A stretch of DNA of 32,000 nucleotides from Pseudidiomarina andamanensis (GTDB taxonomy: Bacteria > Pseudomonadota > Gammaproteobacteria > Enterobacterales > Alteromonadaceae). Positions 8,745 to 17,204 of this stretch are shown here, piece by piece (position 1 is the stretch's first letter; the number at the start of each line of letters is the position of its first letter). The stretch lies in NCBI RefSeq assembly GCF_009734345.1, contig NZ_CP032551.1, positions 1,170,001 through 1,202,000 of the forward strand, given 5' to 3'. The notes below the pieces were generated by a model, which was given only the letters and a program-made list of their open reading frames with translations, was not told the origin of the DNA and did no database searches. The position numbers and the translations under genes are program-made.

Positions 8745-9283
8745 GCTGGATCCTCACAGCGCAATTCGTAAGGGGTAATGTCTGCATCTATCTTGCCGAG
8801 TATTAATGAGTCTCTATCCAGTTCTCGGCTAATTGGTAGCTGGCCAACAACATGAAGTATTGTCGTTAAACCAACGCGGTTTAAATAATGACTGAGAGTT
8901 AGCGACTGTGGCGCAGAAATCAGCGCTTCATTGCTTCCTTGCGACCAGCCATCAATCAACCGAGCCAATCGATAAGGTGATTGATCGGAGCGGACGAAAA
9001 AGAGGTTATCTAGGCCAAGTTCTAATTCAGTAACACGGTTCAGCGGCGATAATATGGGCCTAACGTTGCGACTGAATTGATCCGAGTGTGTACGTTGCCA
9101 AGCTTTGTTTGGGAAAAGCTGAAGTATCTCACTTCGCAACATATCAAGCTCTTGATGCTGTGAATACAAGGCATCATGCAGCTTGCTAATACTCATCGAG
9201 AGCGTTACTGAAAGAACACCAAGAATCAAAACAAGCTCGATCATTCCTTGCCCATATTCATTTTTGAATGAAATATTTTTCAT
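8735..9283 (-). CDS. TadE/TadF-like pseudopilin
   Basis: 182 aa. The N-terminus MKNISFKNEYG/QGMIELVLILGVLSVTL has the G/XXXXE site plus a hydrophobic helix. The start overlaps the tadG-like stop by 4 nt. Confidence 0.6.
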   Translation of the reverse strand: MKNISFKNEYGQGMIELVLILGVLSVTLSMSISKLHDALYSQHQELDMLRSEILQLFPNKAWQRTHSDQFSRNVRPILSPLNRVTELELGLDNLFFVRSDQSPYRLARLIDGWSQGSNEALISAPQSLTLSHYLNRVGLTTILHVVGQLPISRELDRDSLILGKIDADITPYELRCEDPACR

Positions 9284-10497
9284 AGGTTGTCCCAGCTAAA
9301 TCGACTCAAAATAAATTTCTCAGTGGTACTCAGCGACTGTAACTCAGGCTCCCATAAGGCATTGAATAGATTGGCATGTTCAATTCGTTTATCACGTCGC
9401 GGGATAACTGTTTTCGGCCGCGAAAACCGTACACCGGCTTTCGCTATCACATCGTTAAATTTGATAATTACAGAAGGCCAATCGTCTGGCGCTAGATGTT
9501 CTTGGTTAAAATAGCTGGGCGTATCCGTAACTCCCATGCGTTTTTGATTTAGTAATCCGAGTTGAGTTGCTCGCGGATTTAAACGTGAGCTCTCACCGAA
9601 CTGACTTTCAGTCACTTGGTCGATAGACCCAGTCTGATAGGTCGCCCCTTCTCCCCATGGAATTTCTTCGCGTTTAAATAGAAGTCGGATATGCAGTGCT
9701 ACAGTATCCATTGCTTGCCACGCCCAACGTCCGTTTTTAACCGTGATTAGCTCGCTACCCCCTGCCTTTTGCGCTTTTATAACGCCAGCATCAAACCATT
9801 TGTAGCTACGGTTTTTTGAAAATGGGTCGCGACTACTTTGCGTCATATCTAACAGCAAATCATTATCTCGAGACGCGTGCTGAATTGGTAAGTAACGCCA
9901 CCAGAGCCAAGGGAATTCAACGAGTCCGGGACTATGCAACAACGTCCAAGTCTGTTGCTTAATATTCTGCGCTTGAGCGACTTCGGTGAGACTTTGCGGA
10001 ATCATCATGGCGAACGATGCGCGAATCATCCACTGCGCAGTCTGCAATGTTGAAAATAGAACGCGCTGCATGGTTAATGCACTCGTCAAAACCAAGTTTA
10101 GTGGCTGTTCTACTTGCGCTACCGCATTTGCCAATTGGCGAGTTATGATATTCACATAGGGGATAACACTGCTCACCAGTGCTAGCCGATCGGAGGCCGA
10201 GCTTAGGTTGCTATACCAACTCGCTAAACCTAATAGTTGCCCTTGCGTGACTTGGTTGGCGATTAACGCTCGATTAATAATCGCCAGCAAATTAAACTCT
10301 CTCGCAATAATTGTCGCTGCGCTTAACGCCATATTGTCCGCTGCACTTTGCAAATGCCACCGCTGCTGAAGCCGCTGTTGTTGTGTGACAATGAGTAGCA
10401 AGACCAGCAATAACCCAGCAACTGCAGGCAATATAAGAACACTGACGTACCCTCGTTCATTCATCACATTAGTTACCAGACTCAGTGACTTCATCAT
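9280..10497 (-). CDS. tadG: TadG-like pilus-associated protein
   Basis: 405 aa. The N-terminus NERGYVSVLILPAVAGLLLVLLLIV resembles the TadG N-terminal (Tad) domain (QRGavav...). It lies directly after flp. An alternative start, ATG 10464 (MNERG...), would remove the 29-nt overlap with flp. Confidence 0.6.
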   Translation of the reverse strand: MMKSLSLVTNVMNERGYVSVLILPAVAGLLLVLLLIVTQQQRLQQRWHLQSAADNMALSAATIIAREFNLLAIINRALIANQVTQGQLLGLASWYSNLSSASDRLALVSSVIPYVNIITRQLANAVAQVEQPLNLVLTSALTMQRVLFSTLQTAQWMIRASFAMMIPQSLTEVAQAQNIKQQTWTLLHSPGLVEFPWLWWRYLPIQHASRDNDLLLDMTQSSRDPFSKNRSYKWFDAGVIKAQKAGGSELITVKNGRWAWQAMDTVALHIRLLFKREEIPWGEGATYQTGSIDQVTESQFGESSRLNPRATQLGLLNQKRMGVTDTPSYFNQEHLAPDDWPSVIIKFNDVIAKAGVRFSRPKTVIPRRDKRIEHANLFNALWEPELQSLSTTEKFILSRFSWDNL

Positions 10498-10765
10498 AAT
10501 TGCCTAGGCTGACATCTTGGCGCCCTAACGTATTGGCACGGCGAGCTGCGCTACGGGCACTATTAAGTTGGTTAGTGGAACTTTGTCCGGTAATTTCACT
10601 GGCAATGCCGGCAACCTGTCCGCGAACGGTTTTCCCCAACAGTGAATAAACACCAATAGCAGCTACGGCAATTAGCGCGACAATGATGATGTATTCGGTC
10701 ATGCCCTGCCCTAAGCAACGACGCAATGGGTAAGGTGGATAGGAAAGCTTGTTACGGTTTGGCAT
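10469..10765 (-). CDS. flp: Flp family type IVb/IVc pilin
   Basis: 98 aa. The Flp motif is RRCLG/QGMTEYIIIVALIAVAAIGVYSLLG (G/XXXXEY followed by a hydrophobic helix). It is the first gene of the operon, with SD AGGAA 7 nt upstream. Confidence 0.85.
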   Translation of the reverse strand: MPNRNKLSYPPYPLRRCLGQGMTEYIIIVALIAVAAIGVYSLLGKTVRGQVAGIASEITGQSSTNQLNSARSAARRANTLGRQDVSLGNYDEVTESGN

Positions 10766-10802
10766 CTGAGTTTCCTTCTCAACTAGTGGTTAGGAAACTC
10801 AG
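10766..10802 (-). promoter_or_regulatory. Perfect 11-bp stem-loop in the flp 5' leader that includes the flp Shine-Dalgarno
   Basis: CTGAGTTTCCT (10766-10776) and AGGAAACTCAG (10792-10802) are exact reverse complements separated by 15 nt. On the mRNA the 3' arm AGGAAACTCAG abuts the ATG and contains the SD. Confidence 0.55.
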
Positions 10803-10846
10803 TGTAGACTCAGGTGGGCAACTGATATTTTTAGTAGGTCTTTTAC

Positions 10847-11539
10847 CTATTCAATATTGAGATACTTATGCAACTGCACCGAGAGGCGCCAATTGCGTTC
10901 AATACAAACCTTCATGGCTAGTTCTGTCGCTCGAGGACGTTGACTAATTGGTTGCAGCGCAATACTTACGCCTTCTCGCGGTGGACAAGTTGCCAGGAGA
11001 CGGTCGAACTGATCAATATGCTTTTGCATCGCGACTGGGTACTTGATCTCGTCGGCTCTTTTCATACAGTCTGGGCGCACCATATAACCACCAGGCATAT
11101 CGAGTTTTGGTGAAACGGTAACCCAAGTTGCATCAGTGACTTTCAACAAAAACGTTCCGCTAGTTTCAATTTGTAATTGATAACCCGCCTGCTCAAGCAC
11201 TTGGCCCAACTCAATCAGATCAAACATTGCGGGTTCTCCACCAGTGATCACAATGTGCTTCGCGGTATACCCCTTTTGCTTTAGCAAGTCGACAAGTTGC
11301 TCTGCTGTTGCATTCGCCCAATGCGAAGTCGCTTGAGTTTTCTCAGTCACCTCAGACAACGCAACTTCATCATTTGGCTGTTGCTCCCATGTATGCTGAG
11401 TATCACACCAAGGACAACCTACCGGGCACCCCTGTAAACGGATAAAAATTGCTGGAACTCCGGTGAAAATTCCCTCGCCTTGAATGGTTTGGAACACTTC
11501 ATTTATTGGGTAGAGAGTATTAATAGGATTCTCCAACAT
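10847..11539 (-). CDS. queE: 7-carboxy-7-deazaguanine synthase (radical SAM)
   Basis: 230 aa. EVFQTIQGEGIFTGVPAIFIRLQGCPVGCPWCDT is the QueE-type CX14CX2C cluster motif. Size is close to E. coli QueE. Confidence 0.92.
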   Translation of the reverse strand: MLENPINTLYPINEVFQTIQGEGIFTGVPAIFIRLQGCPVGCPWCDTQHTWEQQPNDEVALSEVTEKTQATSHWANATAEQLVDLLKQKGYTAKHIVITGGEPAMFDLIELGQVLEQAGYQLQIETSGTFLLKVTDATWVTVSPKLDMPGGYMVRPDCMKRADEIKYPVAMQKHIDQFDRLLATCPPREGVSIALQPISQRPRATELAMKVCIERNWRLSVQLHKYLNIE

Positions 11540-11608
11540 CTACAAAATAATTTGGGTTACAATATTGAGCGAATTTTAGCGTAATTTCAGGCAAATTAGG
11601 ATCGTAAC

Positions 11609-12265
11609 ATGGCAAAAGTTGTTGTTATCTACTCAGGCGGTATGGATTCGTTTACCGTATTAAACCACGCGGTGCGCCAAGGACATGATGTTTACGCTCT
11701 CAGTTTCAACTACGGACAGCGCCACGTCAGAGAGCTCGATGCTGCGGCAAGCGTATGTAAGCAGTTGGGTATCCCACATAAAATTGTCGATATCACAGCC
11801 ATTAACAGTCTTTTAGCTGGTAGTTCATTAACCTCTGATATTGATATACCTGAAGGTCATTATGCTGAAGAGTCGATGCAGTCAACGGTCGTTCCAAACC
11901 GGAATATGATTTTGTTGTCGCTAGCGATTGGCTACGCCGTCAGTATAGACGCAGAAGCAGTTTATTATGGTGCTCACTCGGGTGACCACGCCATTTACCC
12001 AGATTGTCGACCTGAGTTTGTCGAAAAAATGAATGAGGTCAGCCTGATAGCTAACTACGAACCGGTTCGAATTGAAGTGCCGTACTTACGTAACAATAAA
12101 GCAGAAATACTAGCAGACGGTTTACGCATGAATCTTGACTACAGCCAAACTTGGACATGTTACAACGGTCGTGAAAAAGCTTGTGGTAAATGTGGTGCCT
12201 GCGTTGAACGTCTTGAGGCTTTCGCAGCGAATCAAGTCACTGATCCGCTACAATACGAATCATGA
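11609..12265 (+). CDS. queC: 7-cyano-7-deazaguanine synthase
   Basis: 218 aa with the PP-loop [12 protein letters not shown] and a C-terminal Zn-binding Cys cluster [18 protein letters not shown]. Confidence 0.93.
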   Translation: MAKVVVIYSGGMDSFTVLNHAVRQGHDVYALSFNYGQRHVRELDAAASVCKQLGIPHKIVDITAINSLLAGSSLTSDIDIPEGHYAEESMQSTVVPNRNMILLSLAIGYAVSIDAEAVYYGAHSGDHAIYPDCRPEFVEKMNEVSLIANYEPVRIEVPYLRNNKAEILADGLRMNLDYSQTWTCYNGREKACGKCGACVERLEAFAANQVTDPLQYES

Positions 12266-12266
12266 T

Positions 12267-13298
12267 TTAAGCTTTGCCGGCCGCATCACGCATTTCGGCA
12301 AGAACAGCTTGAGCACCGTGCCAACGAGGATGATTCCGTAACACATTCATCGTCATACCAACTGGCTTCGTGAGTTGCTGATAACAACGAGCTACATTTT
12401 TCTTCAGTTGCTCAAGCCGTGGCTCAATGGCATTGATAACTTCAATTGCACCAGCTCTATCGTTACACACTAGCACCATATCGCAGCCAGCATCTAAGGC
12501 TGCGTGAGCTCGCTCACTCATTGTTCCCGCAACGGTGGCGCCAGCCATACCCAAATCATCGCTAAAAATAATACCGTTGAATTGTAGTTGCGCACGCAAA
12601 ATATCCTGTAACCAATAACTGGAAAAGCCCGCTGGTTTATCATCAACGGCTGGATAGATAACATGTGCAGGCATAATCGCATCAAGGCAGCTTGCAAGCT
12701 CAATGAATGGGGGTAAGTCGGTCGCCAGAATTTCTTCCCAACTCCGCTCGTCAATGGGTATTTCAATGTGAGAGTCGGCGCGCACAGAGCCGTGCCCAGG
12801 AAAATGTTTACCAGTTGCCTTCATTCCCGCTTGGTGCATACCGCGAATAAAAGCACGAGCAATTGGCGTTAACTGCTCAGCTTTGCTTGCAAATGCGCGA
12901 TCGCCAATCACTTCACTAATACCGTTTACATCTAGTACTGGAGCAAAGCTAATATCGATGTCTAATGCCAGAACTTCGGCGGCCATCAACCAACCTAATT
13001 CTTGCGCCCAGTGTTGGGCTTGCGATTCACTCTCGGCATACCGACCAATTTCAGCCATTGCCGGAATAGCGCTAAAGCCGTCGCGGAAGCGTTGCACCCG
13101 TCCACCTTCATGATCAACTGCTAAGATAAGTGGGTTGCGAGCCGCAGCGCGAGTTTGACGGACAAGCTCCAGTAGTTGTTCTTGGCTTTCGAAGTTTCGA
13201 CTAAAGAAGATCACCCCACCAACGGCAGGATGAGCCAACAGCTCACGTTCTGCATCGGTTAATTCAGTGCCTTCAAGATCAATCATTACTGCGGTCAT
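12267..13298 (-). CDS. nagZ: Beta-N-acetylhexosaminidase NagZ (peptidoglycan recycling)
   Basis: MTAVMIDLEGTELTDAERELLAHPAVGGVIFFSRNF...AVDHEGGRVQRF...KHFPGHG closely parallels E. coli NagZ. I chose the start at 13298 because the E. coli protein begins MGPVMLDVEG. The track ORF extends to 13358. Confidence 0.92.
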   Translation of the reverse strand: MTAVMIDLEGTELTDAERELLAHPAVGGVIFFSRNFESQEQLLELVRQTRAAARNPLILAVDHEGGRVQRFRDGFSAIPAMAEIGRYAESESQAQHWAQELGWLMAAEVLALDIDISFAPVLDVNGISEVIGDRAFASKAEQLTPIARAFIRGMHQAGMKATGKHFPGHGSVRADSHIEIPIDERSWEEILATDLPPFIELASCLDAIMPAHVIYPAVDDKPAGFSSYWLQDILRAQLQFNGIIFSDDLGMAGATVAGTMSERAHAALDAGCDMVLVCNDRAGAIEVINAIEPRLEQLKKNVARCYQQLTKPVGMTMNVLRNHPRWHGAQAVLAEMRDAAGKA

Positions 13299-13434
13299 AT
13301 GGTTATCTCTTATCTCCGTTTCGGCAGGCAGTGTGCCAAAATAAAAATCATCCGTCACTAGTCAAATCTTGGAGATTTAGTTAAAAATCTGTCATCTTAT
13401 GAATACGTCGATTATCAACATAGAGATTATTCTT

Positions 13435-14760
13435 ATGAAAACATCCGCCAAACTCGTCTTAACAAGTCTTGCCAGTTGCTTGGCGTTAGCCGGTTGTGGA
13501 AGTGATAGTGATGCTAACGTGGGCCCTATTGTTGACCAATGCAGCGCACGCGGACAAGTCGGTACTTTCTACGAGTATATGCAAGATGATTACTTGTGGA
13601 ACGAAGATATGCCCAGCGTCAATCCTGATAACTACAACAATATCTACGACTTGCTAGAAGCGTTGGTGGTGCCAGAAGATCGATACAGCTTTATTTTGAC
13701 GGAAGAAGAATACCAAAGCCGTTTTGTCGATGCTGAATATGCTGGCTTCGGTTTCAGCTCGAGACTAACGCTCGACGACCGTATTTTCATCAATTATGTC
13801 TATGCTGGATCGCCAGCGGAAATTGCGGGTATAAAGCGTTCCGATGAACTCACTCATATCGATGGTGAATCGGTACAAACACTGATTCAAGAAAATCGCT
13901 ACCAAGAGGCATTAGGCGGGTCTGAAACCGGTGTGAGTGTTGAATTAACTTGGCGAGACGTCGATGGCATTAGCTATACCGATGTTCTCACCAAAGAAAT
14001 TGTCGAAACTAATACAGTTCTTGCCACTGAGCGTTTTCTGATTGATGGCAAAGAAGTTGGCTATTACGTGCTAAACAGTTTCATTAACCGCACCGGCGAT
14101 GACTTAAATAGCGCTTATGATCAGCTGGTTGGCGTTGAAGAGCTCGTTATTGACCTTCGCTATAACGGTGGCGGGCTCACTCGCTATGCTAACCAAGCAT
14201 CAACGCAAGCCGCTGGTGACACTGTAATTGGTGAGGTATTCACCAAATATCTGTTCAATGCAAATAATTCTGAATCCAACTTTATCGAGCAATTTCAGTT
14301 ATATGATGGCATTCAGCAACTCAATTTGAATCGCGTTTATATTTTGACTACAGGTGCGAGTTGTTCATCCTCTGAGTTAATCATCAATTCATTAGACCCG
14401 TATGTTGAAGTCGTCGTTATTGGCCAACCTACCTGTGGTAAGCCGGTTGGACAGATTCCTGAGTTAATTTGCGATAAGCGTGCTTTCGTGGTGAATTTCG
14501 AAACTGTAAACGCCATAGATGAAGGTCGTTATTATGACGGTTTAGCACCGAATTGTAGCGCCGATGATGTATTGGTGGGCGACTGGGGCGACCAAAACGA
14601 TCCGATGTTACAGGCGGCCGCGTATCACATAACTTTTGGCCAATGCCAACCAACTGCAACAACATCAGATAAAGATACGGTTCGTTCTTTAAGTGGTTCA
14701 CAACTGAAAGAGCAATCTCGCCCGACGAAACTTCCTGATTTGTGGCGTCAAGAGCATTAA
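13435..14760 (+). CDS. S41-family (C-terminal processing peptidase-like) lipoprotein with a PDZ-like segment
   Basis: Lipoprotein signal MKTSAKLVLTSLASCLALAGC. DLRYNGGG and TTGASCSSSELIINSL resemble the S41 catalytic Ser region. The SPAEIAGIKRSDELTHIDG segment is PDZ-like. Confidence 0.78.
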   Translation: MKTSAKLVLTSLASCLALAGCGSDSDANVGPIVDQCSARGQVGTFYEYMQDDYLWNEDMPSVNPDNYNNIYDLLEALVVPEDRYSFILTEEEYQSRFVDAEYAGFGFSSRLTLDDRIFINYVYAGSPAEIAGIKRSDELTHIDGESVQTLIQENRYQEALGGSETGVSVELTWRDVDGISYTDVLTKEIVETNTVLATERFLIDGKEVGYYVLNSFINRTGDDLNSAYDQLVGVEELVIDLRYNGGGLTRYANQASTQAAGDTVIGEVFTKYLFNANNSESNFIEQFQLYDGIQQLNLNRVYILTTGASCSSSELIINSLDPYVEVVVIGQPTCGKPVGQIPELICDKRAFVVNFETVNAIDEGRYYDGLAPNCSADDVLVGDWGDQNDPMLQAAAYHITFGQCQPTATTSDKDTVRSLSGSQLKEQSRPTKLPDLWRQEH

Positions 14761-15497
14761 AGACGACGAGCAAGCATGGCAACGCCGTTGCTATTACATA
14801 TCCAATCGATATTAACCTTGTATGCAAGTGCAAGGTTAGTGTCGGTTAATACCTGGTTCGGTTCACCACTGGCAAGTAATTTCCCTTCGTGAAGTAGCAT
14901 CAATTCATCGCAATATTGCGCAGCAAGCGCGAGATCATGGAGTGCAACAAGAACTAGTTTTCCTTGCACTCTAAGCCTTTTCAGCCACTCCATCACCAAC
15001 AATTGATAGTTTAAGTCTAAGCTCGCCGTTGGTTCATCAGCCAGAATCAGTGGTCGATTCATGGCATTGATGCAGGCCAGCATGACCCGTCGTTGCTCTC
15101 CACCAGATAATTCCGTAATTGGACGGTTCATCAACCTATGCAGCTGAAACTCTTCAACGCTCTCATTACGCCAAGCAGCAAGATTTTGTGCTGTTTCAAC
15201 GAGATTAACTTGGCTTGTTCGCAGCATGTCTTTAACCCAAATAGGCTCATGAAATAAGTTGCTTTGTGAGAGATAGGCCAATTGTTGTCGCTGCTCAAAA
15301 GGCGACCAACGTAACAGATCATGACCACGCCATTCGGCCGCTCCACTCGCTTTAGTCAGCCCTCCCGCTAATATCGATAGTAGTGTCGATTTTCCCGAGC
15401 CATTAGCACCAATGATTCCAACTAATCGCCCTGACGGTACCTTAAAGTCAACGTTCGTTAACCGGTGCGAATGGGAAAGGTTAGTCAACTCAAGCAT
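14757..15497 (-). CDS. ABC transporter ATP-binding protein (FecE/BtuD-type importer)
   Basis: Walker A GANGSGKST, signature LSGGEQRRV, Walker B LILADEPT. The start MLELTNLSH at 15497 overlaps the permease stop (TGATG). The track ORF extends to 15536. Confidence 0.9.
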   Translation of the reverse strand: MLELTNLSHSHRLTNVDFKVPSGRLVGIIGANGSGKSTLLSILAGGLTKASGAAEWRGHDLLRWSPFEQRQQLAYLSQSNLFHEPIWVKDMLRTSQVNLVETAQNLAAWRNESVEEFQLHRLMNRPITELSGGEQRRVMLACINAMNRPLILADEPTASLDLNYQLLVMEWLKRLRVQGKLVLVALHDLALAAQYCDELMLLHEGKLLASGEPNQVLTDTNLALAYKVNIDWICNSNGVAMLARRL

Positions 15498-16450
15498 CAG
15501 ACTCGTCCCGAACGATGTAATAATAACAACAACCACGGCGCGCCAATTAAAGCGATTACCACCCCTAATTGAAGTTCAACTCGAGTATTAATTGTTTGCA
15601 CCAGTGCATCAACCGCAATTAGAAGAACGCCGCCAATCAATCCGCTGCCGTAGATAAGTTGATTGGGTCGCCTCATTCCTAGCAACCTCACCAAATGTGG
15701 TGCCACCAACCCAATAAAGCCAATAATGCCGGCGGTAACAACCGATACAGACACCAGTAATGCAGTAACGAATAACAATAAAAATTTCGACCAAGATTCA
15801 TTGAATCCAAACGTTCGTACCGTAGGTTCATCGAAGATTTGTACTTGTATGTACTGACGCTGGGTAATGAGTATCAAAATACTGATGATTAGCAGCGGCG
15901 CAATTAACCAAACATAAGCCCAGCCACGATTAGCAACTGACCCCATCAGCCACAATGCCCACTCTTGGAATGCAAACGGGTTGGGTGCCAGGTTAAGTAC
16001 CACTGCAATCAGAGCGCCTGAAATAGCAGAAATTGCAACGCCCACTAAAATGATGCGAATGCCCTGCGGTTGCCGTCCCGAAAGCAACCATAACAATCCT
16101 AGCGTCAGCATGCCACCAACTAAACCGATTGCCGGTAGCCACCAAGAAACAGGTCCAACAGCGCCCCAATAAAGTGTAACCACGGTAGCCAAAGCCGCGC
16201 CACCAGCAATGCCAGTAATGCCCGGCTCAGCCAGAGGGTTACGAAGTAATAGCTGCAGTACGCTCCCGGCTAAACCTAAAGCGACACCATTACAGAAGGC
16301 CAAGAGCAAACGCGGTAGTCTAATTTCAAATAAAATAAAGGTTTCTAATTCATTACTAGGCATTAACGACCAATTGTCACCGCCACTCCCTAAATGCCAC
16401 AGAATTAGTAAAAGTGCACAAGCTAGAATAGCAAAGCTTCGGATAATCAT
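15497..16450 (-). CDS. FecCD/BtuC-family ABC importer permease
   Basis: Polytopic membrane protein with the FecCD-type motif RNPLAEPGITGIAGGAALA. The start MIIRSF at 16450 forms an ATGA overlap with the binding-protein stop. The 41-aa extension in the track ORF overlaps the upstream gene. Confidence 0.9.
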   Translation of the reverse strand: MIIRSFAILACALLLILWHLGSGGDNWSLMPSNELETFILFEIRLPRLLLAFCNGVALGLAGSVLQLLLRNPLAEPGITGIAGGAALATVVTLYWGAVGPVSWWLPAIGLVGGMLTLGLLWLLSGRQPQGIRIILVGVAISAISGALIAVVLNLAPNPFAFQEWALWLMGSVANRGWAYVWLIAPLLIISILILITQRQYIQVQIFDEPTVRTFGFNESWSKFLLLFVTALLVSVSVVTAGIIGFIGLVAPHLVRLLGMRRPNQLIYGSGLIGGVLLIAVDALVQTINTRVELQLGVVIALIGAPWLLLLLHRSGRV

Positions 16451-17202
16451 GGCATGACTACCTGAGCAACATAGTCTGCTGCGCGCTGGGCAGGACAACC
16501 ACTCACTGCCGATGGAATTTGCACCACGTCGCGCTCTCTCAGCCAAGGTTGTAAAGCGCTGTGCCACAGCCATTCATTGGCACGTGCATAGTTCTGTGAA
16601 AAGCCGTCGAGAACAACACGATCTGGCTGTAATTCAACTAATTTCTCTAGATCTATTTGCACAAGTTGATGCGATTCAGAAGCTACCATGACGGGTATAT
16701 CATTCGCTCTTAGCATGTCTGCAATAAAACTCTCGCCACCCCAGCTATATTGATTCGGCATAATCACTAAAACAGATTTTGATAAATTCGGCAATCGTGC
16801 CAATTGAGCGTTTTGTTGTGCGCTCCAACTTTGTAATGATTGTTCAAGATTAAGCTCTTCACCAAGGTTTTTCAGCGTTAGTCGCCATTGCATCCAAGTA
16901 TTCGGTTCTTCGACAATTACGGCATGCGTAGACTTGCTCAACTGCGATACTAACCGAGAATTCGTGTAAGTTCCGTACAACACAACATCGGGTGAAGCGC
17001 GAAGTACGCGCTCCAATCGATTTCCATGAGCGGTACTTGGAATGAATTCCCAAGAAGCAGGCAACCATTGTGGTACCCATTCATCGAAGCATGGGTTGAG
17101 CGATACTAATCGTTGAGCAACCGCTGTTGCGCCTGTTGTTAGTCCGATTAACAAAAGAGTTATACAGCCACTAACTTTCATTCGCGTGAACTTAGCTTGC
17201 AC
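16447..17202 (-). CDS. Periplasmic substrate-binding protein, class III (BtuF/FhuD/TroA-like)
   Basis: Signal peptide MKVSGCITLLLIGLTTGATAVA, then RLVSLNPCFDEWV, typical of this binding-protein fold. It is the first gene of the transporter. The start is either GTG 17202 (GAGG 10 nt upstream) or ATG 17181. Confidence 0.72.
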   Translation of the reverse strand: MQAKFTRMKVSGCITLLLIGLTTGATAVAQRLVSLNPCFDEWVPQWLPASWEFIPSTAHGNRLERVLRASPDVVLYGTYTNSRLVSQLSKSTHAVIVEEPNTWMQWRLTLKNLGEELNLEQSLQSWSAQQNAQLARLPNLSKSVLVIMPNQYSWGGESFIADMLRANDIPVMVASESHQLVQIDLEKLVELQPDRVVLDGFSQNYARANEWLWHSALQPWLRERDVVQIPSAVSGCPAQRAADYVAQVVMP

Positions 17203-17204
17203 AA

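Noticed and set aside
9850-9880. DMTQS in the TadG-like protein, considered as a possible vWA MIDAS motif (DxSxS).
   Set aside because: It matches only loosely (Thr in place of the first Ser), and I could not recognise the remaining vWA motifs by eye, so no vWA domain is claimed.
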